Shown here: piece after piece, positions 25,801 to 32,568 of the stretch
How the letters are laid out: the number at the start of each line of letters is the position of its first letter
Numbering within the stretch: the first letter of the stretch is position 1
Source: an uncultured Candidatus Saccharibacteria bacterium
GTDB taxonomy: Bacteria; Patescibacteriota; Saccharimonadia; Saccharimonadales; 2-12-FULL-41-12
Direction: 5' to 3'
Assembly (NCBI GenBank): GCA_947085855.1
Contig: CAMTYB010000001.1
Coordinates: forward strand, 673,421-737,420
DNA length: 64,000 nt
Translations under genes and position numbers: made by a program
The notes under the pieces: generated by a model
What the model was told of the DNA's origin: nothing
Seen by the model: only the letters and a program-made list of their open reading frames with translations
The model's database searches: none

Positions 25801-26870
25801 ATTTAGGTGGCTTATTCCAGAGTGATAATCGAGCACTTCGAAACCTAAAGAAAATCTACGTAATTACTACAGGTACATTGAGTCAGCGACCGCGCTATGC
25901 GTCTATCTCTGACTTGCGAGCCCGCAACGGAGTCGAAGGCTTAGTCGAGACGGTTAAGGCCCGAGTTGGTGATGTCGGGTTTGCCGATCCCGTGGGTAGC
26001 AGAATTAGTCCTGATTCAAAGCTAGAACTGTTTGACACTCAAGGGCGACGAATTACCGACGCTGACGGAAAGTTGCTCTTGGTTGATAATGTGATCGCTG
26101 CGACCGGCTTTCAGTCACAGTTAGATGCTGTACTGAATCGTCGTCTGAGTGATCCCGGAGTTTTGGAGCGAGTAACCTTGCCGACAAACAAGTCGGTTTC
26201 AGTAGCAGACAGGTTAGTAGACGATCCGCGGACTTTGCTCATAGGTACGGCTTCGCGACCAGACTTCAGTGGCCGAGATAAATTTGCACAACTCCCTGCT
26301 CCCGCCCGTGAAGCTTTACTGAGAAACGGTGCCGAAAATGCTGTAGCGATTGGCTTCCGTTCGCCCGATACCCAGGCAGCTATACGACTATTCCTTGACG
26401 ATATAGACGATAGCCTTTCGTCATCCGACAATAATCAGGCGGTAGCTCAGTCACGCCGGCGCGAGCGTCTTGTTGCGGCTGGTCGCATATTGAAGCCTGG
26501 TAAAACGGAAGTATTTGAGCGTAAGGACGTCGGTGCTGCGCCGCGTGTGCGCCGCGATATTGTAGCTGATTCATCAATCTTGAGTCCGCTTCTGTTACGC
26601 TCGTTGTCTGATGTAAAATTCAAAAATCTGCAAACGGGAACATACCGATATCTTGTAAATTTTGACAATGGCAATCTAACTGTTTCGAGTCCAGGCACAA
26701 CACCGAAGAACTTACTGACGCTCGTGGGTGAAGCCTGCACCGATCCATTTTTCTATGCTTACTCTCAAAAAGCTTTGTCGCGACGGCGCGATAGCGAGGC
26801 GATCGAGGTGTCAGTCGATATTAAAAATGGCCGGGTCAATCCGCGAACCAGTTTTGCTCAGCCACTGTAA
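22839..26870 (+). CDS. giant (1343 aa) cytoplasmic protein: about 720-aa helical N-terminal region plus a SidA/IucD/PvdA-like (class B, N-hydroxylating) flavin monooxygenase-like domain plus a C-terminal region of about 240 aa
   Basis: No signal peptide or TM helix. Three ordered motifs are present: VQIGFGPAGLTAAG (FAD GxGxxG, nt 25035-25052), LAIYGNGNSADTLIENL (NADPH GxGxxA, nt 25767-25784) and DNVIAATGFQ (ATG motif, nt 26100-26111). Confidence 0.55.
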   Translation: MPIIDGEGFEEVRIVEITPDFSSYLRDLDAGVIKDAQDLDNRFFTAPGDAVYDDERQDYLKDENGELIIERRSLTGEQEQVLMKEAEARDALELKKRQATSFRNIYDGIVYGNGIPYAENVEDFTRRLSVPIVRQIVRDTNGTLNVFQSGDELNDKQKDCLITCKQAINGIKEAQSNFEDTVKFFNDIGTPGDEPISKLRLQALLTPSKYGGVLLEPGLTFANETRRVDDDQKELLLAIRDEAEEVFEFTETTNQLDEIVSSVISVDIADLAELEQALFNSNRETSPEQRAELKELVLNFSSLGTAVQEEFFRAQRKGDYRSVIALMKEQEGQTLTEADLQKAQAATSRAQEAIKTLRRTELRKSVADAIEKDPSDVRATFNLLRDYGLDSDNDFELSEDLTAIAYKSRRIMFAAETLDGIVPFTDPIEFNETLDKLNRFADSEFVADKELARKLRKIIYIKELAEINESALDVLADPVKSIRNFIGALQLRPSLPDFDYQAKLNDIIGQVDQIDGLLKLGKSIFDVAKITDSFSTRSPQDVLAAIESLESEDDSDLRDDLLAYYKQYIANRRDSTPETYKEVFAFEIEALRKTITRAGYEYKEATGPNLEGLTFLSGQFRSVIAPLFKSLQGEVVGEEISNYFKTDGRGRDPRQRFVQRIKNLEQQRDLTDIEKSYFESVEALSLFNPYLAALANEAPAITSTYLEGYFRDTADATFEALEDGEYIPLVQIGFGPAGLTAAGELVRTRSDLAKQALFIDEAALPGGPFAIPKGPAWDLNSANSNETGGPTLPPLPADGIAETDTVRSYGSPLRWYPGERLSRSDVRQGSINSTVDYLITPDGISDSRYPDNEDMALILQLQAAMLMPRACLSTEVLSVSADNEGTRKLLTLEHRFADGETIRKRIVTDNLVIGSGLGQPSYGFGTRNADASQVIAYTERTQGMIFPKLSTTLQAFEALSSREADRPEPGEVLAIYGNGNSADTLIENLGGLFQSDNRALRNLKKIYVITTGTLSQRPRYASISDLRARNGVEGLVETVKARVGDVGFADPVGSRISPDSKLELFDTQGRRITDADGKLLLVDNVIAATGFQSQLDAVLNRRLSDPGVLERVTLPTNKSVSVADRLVDDPRTLLIGTASRPDFSGRDKFAQLPAPAREALLRNGAENAVAIGFRSPDTQAAIRLFLDDIDDSLSSSDNNQAVAQSRRRERLVAAGRILKPGKTEVFERKDVGAAPRVRRDIVADSSILSPLLLRSLSDVKFKNLQTGTYRYLVNFDNGNLTVSSPGTTPKNLLTLVGEACTDPFFYAYSQKALSRRRDSEAIEVSVDIKNGRVNPRTSFAQPL

Positions 26871-26872
26871 TA

Positions 26873-27499
26873 CTAGTCTTCTATTTTTGCAGTTATACGA
26901 GATACCGCGCGTTTGCCGATTGGTGAGTGTACTAGCAGTATACTCATGATAATCAAGGGAATGACCAGATACTGAGCCTTTGGCAACGTCTGCCCCAGAT
27001 AGTAGCCAAGCAGCGTAGCGCTGACTGCCCAAGCTAAGCCACCAACAATGTTGGCGGCCATAAAGGGAAGCTTTGGAGTCTTGGCGATGCCGCTGAGGAT
27101 TGGTGCCAATGTATGGATAACAGGTAGATAGCGACCAATAATGAGAGTGCTGTAGCCGTATTTTTTCATGAATTTCTCGGTCTTTTCACCTTGTTCGCGG
27201 GTAAAGTAGCGCTTGGTGTCTTTTTGGTAAAACAATTTGCGTCCGTAGGTTGCACCGGTGTAATAGCCAACCACATAACCTAAGATTGCGCCAAGTCCGC
27301 CAACGGCAATGATGGCGATTGGATTGAACTGTCCACCAGTAGCGGCGAAGACACCAGCTGTAAATAGCAGTGAAAAGCCAGGTAGCGGTAGAACTAATCC
27401 CAAAATAACACCAGATTCTATAAAAACGCTGGCAAAAATGACCAGGTAACCAAAAGTTTCAAGTAGTGTTTGCGTGTCCACCCCGTCATTATGCCACAC
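26873..27499 (-). CDS. DedA family membrane protein
   Basis: GYLVIFASVFIESGVILGLVLPLPG...FTREQGEKTEKFMKKYGYSTLIIGRYLPVI, the typical DedA/SNARE-associated pattern. Confidence 0.8.
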   Translation of the reverse strand: MWHNDGVDTQTLLETFGYLVIFASVFIESGVILGLVLPLPGFSLLFTAGVFAATGGQFNPIAIIAVGGLGAILGYVVGYYTGATYGRKLFYQKDTKRYFTREQGEKTEKFMKKYGYSTLIIGRYLPVIHTLAPILSGIAKTPKLPFMAANIVGGLAWAVSATLLGYYLGQTLPKAQYLVIPLIIMSILLVHSPIGKRAVSRITAKIED

Positions 27500-27529
27500 A
27501 TCCGGCTAAGAAGTTGTTATAGTAGTAGT

Positions 27530-28348
27530 ATGAAATTCCTCAATGGTGCCGATTTAGCCGGCTTTATTAAAGAACGCCAAGCCAAAGCTGTCCGTGGCTT
27601 GCGCCAAGCCCACGACATTGCACCTCATTTGGCCATAATTCGCACTAATCCTGACCCAGTGGTGGATAGCTATATGAAACTTAAGCAATCCTATGGTGAG
27701 GACATTCTTATCGATGTCGCGGTTCATACTATTGAACAGTCAGAAGCGAAGGCACGTATTGCTGAACTGAATGACGATCCATCAGTCCACGGCATAATTA
27801 TCCAAATTCCATTACCTGATCCGTCCGAAACAGAGGCTATTTTAAATACCGTAGCACCCGGCAAAGACGTTGATGGTCTAGCCGACAAAACGTCGTTTGA
27901 CCCAGCGACGCCGATGGCAATCAACTGGCTATTAGCTGGCTACAATGTTGAGCTTGCCAACAAGAATATTCTGATTGTAGGCCAGGGTAGACTGGTCGGA
28001 AAACCACTGACTGAGTTGTGGCGTAAATCCGGCTATACCGTTGCTACGGCTGATCGTAACGACACAGATAGCTTGGCCGACAAGACCAAACAAGCTGACG
28101 TCCTCGTCTGTGCCACTGGCATCCCGGCTCTCGTTACGGCCGATATGGTAAAGCCAGATGCTGTGATTGTTGACGCTGGTGTTGCAACTGATAGCAATGG
28201 TTTGGTTGGCGATATAGCGCCTGATGTCCGCGAATTGCCAAACATTACGATCACGCCAGAAAAAGGTGGCGTTGGCCCGCTCACCGTCTGTGCCTTGTTT
28301 GAGAATGTTATCCAAGCCGCCCGACCCAGTGATCAGGAGCAAAAATAG
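27530..28348 (+). CDS. folD: bifunctional 5,10-methylene-THF dehydrogenase / methenyl-THF cyclohydrolase
   Basis: MKFLNGADLAGFIKERQ...SYMKLKQ...HGIIIQIPLP...DVDG...IVGQGRLVGKPL...GGVGPLT. ATG 27530 lies 7 nt downstream of TGtTATAGT. Confidence 0.9.
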   Translation: MKFLNGADLAGFIKERQAKAVRGLRQAHDIAPHLAIIRTNPDPVVDSYMKLKQSYGEDILIDVAVHTIEQSEAKARIAELNDDPSVHGIIIQIPLPDPSETEAILNTVAPGKDVDGLADKTSFDPATPMAINWLLAGYNVELANKNILIVGQGRLVGKPLTELWRKSGYTVATADRNDTDSLADKTKQADVLVCATGIPALVTADMVKPDAVIVDAGVATDSNGLVGDIAPDVRELPNITITPEKGGVGPLTVCALFENVIQAARPSDQEQK

Positions 28349-28998
28349 TGAAAGTTGGTGTGTTTGATTCGGGCGTCGGTGGACAGGCAGTAGCGGATGC
28401 CATCAAATCAGCCATGCCAGAGCTGGAGGTGGACTACCGGGAGGACCATGAACACGTACCGTATGGCTCTAAAACACCAATTGAGTTACTCAGTTTGGTT
28501 ACGCCTATATTAGAATCGATGGTCGCCGACGGCTGTCAGGTTATTGTAATCGCTTGTAATTCGGTAACAACAACTATTATAAGCGAATTGCGCGAACGCA
28601 TCGTTGTGCCAATTATTGGCATCGAACCAATGATTAAGCCGGCGAGTCAACAAACAAAGTCTGGAGTTATTGCAGTTTGTGCTACCCAGACCACGCTTAA
28701 CAGTAATCGTTATAAATACTTGGTAGAAACATTTGCTCCCAACATTACAGTGATTCAGCCCGACTGCACGGACTGGGCGTCTATGATCGAACAGAATGAT
28801 ATTAACCATGACCATATAGAAGAAACGATTACTTCAGCCTGCAAGCAGGGCGCTGATGTAATTGTGCTTGGCTGCACTCATTATCATTGGATAGAAGATC
28901 AAATATTAGAAATTGCCAACAAATATAACGCTATCGTTATTCAACCAGAAGAGGCGGTTGTGCGGCGGCTTAAGGAAGTGCTCGCACAGCTTGGTTGA
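28348..28998 (+). CDS. murI: glutamate racemase
   Basis: VGVFDSGVGGQAV...IACNSVTT...LGCTHYHWI, containing both catalytic Cys motifs. The GTG start overlaps the folD stop (TAGTG). Confidence 0.85.
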   Translation: MKVGVFDSGVGGQAVADAIKSAMPELEVDYREDHEHVPYGSKTPIELLSLVTPILESMVADGCQVIVIACNSVTTTIISELRERIVVPIIGIEPMIKPASQQTKSGVIAVCATQTTLNSNRYKYLVETFAPNITVIQPDCTDWASMIEQNDINHDHIEETITSACKQGADVIVLGCTHYHWIEDQILEIANKYNAIVIQPEEAVVRRLKEVLAQLG

Positions 28999-30277
28999 AT
29001 TGCTCGCCACGATCTTTGTAGTTTTTGAACATGTCAAAACTAGCGCAAGCGGTTGATAGTAGCACGACATCTCCGGTCTTAGCTTGTCTGGCGGCCACGT
29101 CAACGATTTCTGTCATAGTTTTACCGCCGTCAATGATGTTTGAAAAGCCTGTAGTCTCCAAGGCTTGCTTGATAGCAGGGCCGGTCTGTCCTATCAGTAT
29201 AACTGATCGTACATTGCTGTCTTTAACGGTTTTAGCTAATTCAGCATAGTTTGCACCCTTGTCGGAGCCGCCCAGGATAATAACTTTCGGCTGGCTGAAT
29301 GCTTCCAGCGCTACAATGGCAGTTTCAGGGGTAGTTCCAAAGGAGTCGTTATAATAATCGATACCGTTGGTTGCCCGAATGTGTTCTAGTCGGAACTCCA
29401 TGCCCTTGAATGTTTTAATGACTCGTCTCATAGCTTCAACATCTTGAGTAATCGGCCAGACGGCGGTGATAGCGGCGCAAACGTTTTGCCAGTTATGTTT
29501 ACCGCGTAGCCCTACCTCGCTAGTAGCACAAACTGTCTGCGTATTTATAATGATGTGGTCATTTTCTACGTAGGCACCGGGAGGACTGAAGTAAGGTATT
29601 ATCTTACCTTTGCTGGCGCTAACGATGTGGCGGGAGTGGGGACTGTTAGCAAAGAAGACGGCATAATCATCAGCTTCTTGCCAACGGAATAGTTGCTGTT
29701 TGGCTGTGATGTATTCGTCAAAGTTGTGGTGCCAGTCCTGATGCTCGCTCGTAATCATGAGACAAACTGCGATATGGGGCGATCTTTTGATGTCAATGAG
29801 CTGAAAGTTGGCCAACTCCAAAACTACCCAGTCCTCAGACTTAATGTTTTCTTTGAGCATCTCTAGGGGTGGTGTGCCGATGTTACCGCCCAAATGAACC
29901 TGTTTGCCGGTAGCTTTGAGTATCTCGGCGATCAAGGTGCTCGTAGTGCCCTTGCCTTTGGTGCCGGTAACGCCGATGACGTTTTTGGTCGGGCAGACTT
30001 CCAAGAATTGATTGGTATTAGTGGTGACTTTATTTAAGATATCTGATGCATTGGGGTTAGCTAGGAGTATATCTTGCGGGTGGATTGAAGGTGAGCGTAC
30101 TAACAGATCAAATGTGGTCAAGCCACTAAGGTAATCAGAGCCAAGCTGAGCTTTTACGCCATTTGGCAGTTCAAGTGACTCATTCTGGTCGCAGACTGTA
30201 ATGACGTTTTCGGGGGAATTCCAATATTCCAGGGCTGAAGCTCCTTGGCTGCCGTACCCTAAGATAGCTATCTTCAC
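28970..30277 (-). CDS. murD: UDP-N-acetylmuramoylalanine--D-glutamate ligase
   Basis: KIAILGYGSQG...VIGVTGTKGKGTTSTLIAEIL...GGNIGTP. The GTG start at 30277 (SD GGAAG) is preferred, and the ORF track's TTG at 30289 is also possible. The 3' end overlaps convergent murI by 29 nt. Confidence 0.9.
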   Translation of the reverse strand: MKIAILGYGSQGASALEYWNSPENVITVCDQNESLELPNGVKAQLGSDYLSGLTTFDLLVRSPSIHPQDILLANPNASDILNKVTTNTNQFLEVCPTKNVIGVTGTKGKGTTSTLIAEILKATGKQVHLGGNIGTPPLEMLKENIKSEDWVVLELANFQLIDIKRSPHIAVCLMITSEHQDWHHNFDEYITAKQQLFRWQEADDYAVFFANSPHSRHIVSASKGKIIPYFSPPGAYVENDHIIINTQTVCATSEVGLRGKHNWQNVCAAITAVWPITQDVEAMRRVIKTFKGMEFRLEHIRATNGIDYYNDSFGTTPETAIVALEAFSQPKVIILGGSDKGANYAELAKTVKDSNVRSVILIGQTGPAIKQALETTGFSNIIDGGKTMTEIVDVAARQAKTGDVVLLSTACASFDMFKNYKDRGEQFNQAVRALP

Positions 30278-30278
30278 A

Positions 30279-30647
30279 CTAACTTCCAAGTTGCTGCTTA
30301 ACGATGTCGGCTACTTGTCGTGGGGTCATGTCGGCCTTGAGGATGAAGCCACTGATGCCAAGTTCTTCAATGTCAGCCGGTGCTTCTTGTTCGCCCATGT
30401 TGGTCAAGATGATTACCCTAATTTTGGCTCCCCAAGGGGTGGCGCGCAGGGCTTTGAGCATGTCATGGCCATTCATTTCTGGCATCATCAGGTCAAGCAG
30501 GATGATATCTGGTTGCATAGCCTCGGCTAATTTAAGTCCAAGGACGCCATTTTCGGCTGTTTCAACCGTAAAACCTTCGGCCTCAAACTTGATGCGATAC
30601 ATCTGAGAAATAGCTGCATCATCTTCGATAATTGCAATTTTTGCCAT
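30279..30647 (-). CDS. single-domain CheY-like response-regulator receiver
   Basis: MAKIAIIEDD...IILLDLMMPEMNG...ILTN...KAD. There is no output domain. The stop lies 1 nt from the murD GTG start. Confidence 0.8.
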   Translation of the reverse strand: MAKIAIIEDDAAISQMYRIKFEAEGFTVETAENGVLGLKLAEAMQPDIILLDLMMPEMNGHDMLKALRATPWGAKIRVIILTNMGEQEAPADIEELGISGFILKADMTPRQVADIVKQQLGS

Positions 30648-30711
30648 ACACACAGAATAGCATAAGTTCTATAGGGGTTTTACACGCCGCCCGGTTGTCT
30701 CACAGCGAATA

Positions 30712-30740
30712 TTGATATAGCAATACGCTTGTGTTGTAAT
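30712..30740 (+). promoter_or_regulatory. candidate promoter TTGATA-17-TGTAAT upstream of the LuxI/FeeM-like gene
   Basis: TTGATA at 30712-30717 and TGTAAT at 30735-30740. Confidence 0.35.
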
Positions 30741-30762
30741 GTAAGTAAGTTCGGTAATAAAA

Positions 30763-30806
30763 ATAGGTACTCATGTAACCAAGATACGGCACGAGTACCT
30801 TTTTTA
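30763..30806 (+). promoter_or_regulatory. terminator-like hairpin with U-run inside the 5' leader (possible attenuator)
   Basis: AGGTACTC / GAGTACCT 8-bp stem with a 20-nt loop, followed by TTTTTT. It ends 14 nt before ATG 30820. No SD is visible. Confidence 0.35.
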
Positions 30807-30819
30807 ACCCAAGAATATA

Positions 30820-31617
30820 ATGACAGTACCAATAAACGCACCAGTATCAGCCGAGAAGCTCACTCCCTTAATTGAAACTACATTCTTTCAACTTCGGCCA
30901 GAGGCCAGCTTTTGGCTCGGTCATATAGCCAGCGGCGAAGAGGTGCACTGTCAAGCCGAGCGTCATGGAGCTGGTGTATTGAGAGCCAATGTTTATATTG
31001 ACGAGAGCCGTTATTTACCGGAGTCAGCCAGGCAACCCGATGGCACTGAATATGACGCAGACGATGCCAGAGCTGACCACCTAGTTGTTATAGAAAATAA
31101 CACTATTATGCCAAACAGCCGGCACGTTGTTGGTACCACTCGCCTCATACACAAGCGCGACGATGATGACGTACTGCCAATTGAATCCATGTTCCCCGAA
31201 GCTTTTAGTGAAGAAGCGGCACCAACAGGATCGCTCGAGGCTTCACGATATATTGCACGCCACCCTCACAGACCGACTCAAAATGCGATAGCCCTCGCCT
31301 TGGTGCGGGCTATGACAATTCGCGGACATAACCAAGGCCACGACTATATATATGGGGTGGTTGAAGATCACCTTATGCACCAGTTTGAAAAAATCGGGCT
31401 GCCGTTTGCTGCACTTGGTGAACCAAAGAAAGTCGAGCGGTATAATACCTTGAATGTACCGCTTAGATTTGACCTTGCAGAGATTCTGCAAACTGCCGCA
31501 GCCGATACCATTGGTAAACGGACGATGAGTCTATTCTTCCAGTCATCTGGCGCCAACGGTGGCCAAGGCTATTTTGACCGTACATTTATAGATAGAATCG
31601 AGAAAATAAGTGCCTAA
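30820..31617 (+). CDS. LuxI-superfamily / FeeM-type N-acyl amino acid synthase-like GNAT-fold acyltransferase
   Basis: The landmark spacing matches autoinducer synthases: LRANVYIDESRY (R-x3-[FY]-x6-[WY]), DGTEYDADD (E-x-D-x2-D), VVGTTRLI (G-x2-R-[LF]), LEASRYIA (E-x-SR-[FY]), then YIYGVVEDHLMHQFEKIGLPF. Confidence 0.5.
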   Translation: MTVPINAPVSAEKLTPLIETTFFQLRPEASFWLGHIASGEEVHCQAERHGAGVLRANVYIDESRYLPESARQPDGTEYDADDARADHLVVIENNTIMPNSRHVVGTTRLIHKRDDDDVLPIESMFPEAFSEEAAPTGSLEASRYIARHPHRPTQNAIALALVRAMTIRGHNQGHDYIYGVVEDHLMHQFEKIGLPFAALGEPKKVERYNTLNVPLRFDLAEILQTAAADTIGKRTMSLFFQSSGANGGQGYFDRTFIDRIEKISA

Positions 31618-31634
31618 TAACGTGAGTTGTCGCT

Positions 31635-32525
31635 ATGAGTCTTAGTCCATTGCAACCGGAATTTGAACGCAACCTTGGTTTCATGTCCGAAGAAGAGCAA
31701 CTTCGACTCAATACGAGCGCTGTGGGGATAGCCGGAGCCGGTGGCGACGGTGGAATGCTTGCTTTGCAGCTAGCTCGACTTGGCGTTGGTGAGCTGCGTC
31801 TTGCCGACCCCGATCCCTTTGAACTAGAAAATACTAATCGTCAAGCCTGTTGCACCCGAGACACCGTAGGTGTCAACAAAGCTCGCGCTGTAGGGGAATA
31901 CATAACCAAAATCAATCCAGATATAACGGTAATAACCTACGAAGAAGGTGTTACTCAAGATAACGTGGGCAGTTTTGCAACTGGACTGGACTTGGTAATT
32001 GATGAAACAGAGTTCACTCTTCCGACCGTAGGAGTCATGTTAGCCCGAGCGGCACGTCATGAGGGCATACCGAATCTCATGGCTATGAATATTGGTTTTG
32101 GCGCCACCGTTACTTCGTTTGCGGCCGACGGTATGACCTTCGAGAAAATGCTGGGGCTGACCGAAAGTGATTCACTTGACGAAGTAGCAGTCGCAAATGT
32201 AGGGCTCAGTCGTTGGTTGCCGTACATACCTCCATATGTTGATCTTGACGCGTTTAAAAGTGTTGCCGCCGGTGAAAAGTCAGCTCCATCGATTGCTCCC
32301 GGGGTAGCTCTGGCTGCTGGAATGGCTGCTACCCAGGCGCTACTTCACCTTGTAGAAGAGGATAATCAACGCCCTAAACCCGTCACAGCTCCTGCCGTCT
32401 TGGTAATGGACGCCATGACGGGTCAGAGCAAAGAAGTAAGGCTTACGAGGCGAAATCACTACGCGTCTCTCGCCAAGATGTATGTTCGTCACTCGCTTGG
32501 CTTCAGCCCTAAGACCAGTTACTAA
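31635..32525 (+). CDS. ThiF/MoeB/E1-like adenylyltransferase family protein
   Basis: VGIAGAGGDGGMLALQLARLGVGELRLADPDPFELENTNRQ (Rossmann GxGxxG plus the NRQ motif). It starts 17 nt after the upstream gene. Confidence 0.75.
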   Translation: MSLSPLQPEFERNLGFMSEEEQLRLNTSAVGIAGAGGDGGMLALQLARLGVGELRLADPDPFELENTNRQACCTRDTVGVNKARAVGEYITKINPDITVITYEEGVTQDNVGSFATGLDLVIDETEFTLPTVGVMLARAARHEGIPNLMAMNIGFGATVTSFAADGMTFEKMLGLTESDSLDEVAVANVGLSRWLPYIPPYVDLDAFKSVAAGEKSAPSIAPGVALAAGMAATQALLHLVEEDNQRPKPVTAPAVLVMDAMTGQSKEVRLTRRNHYASLAKMYVRHSLGFSPKTSY

Positions 32526-32531
32526 ACCCGT

Positions 32532-32561
32532 TTGTTGTAGCTAGCATCTTGCGGCTATAAT
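32532..32561 (+). promoter_or_regulatory. promoter TTGTTG-18-TATAAT placing the TSS at or near the kinase ATG (leaderless)
   Basis: TATAAT at 32556-32561 lies 8 nt before ATG 32569. No SD is present. Confidence 0.45.
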
Positions 32562-32568
32562 ACCGGTA

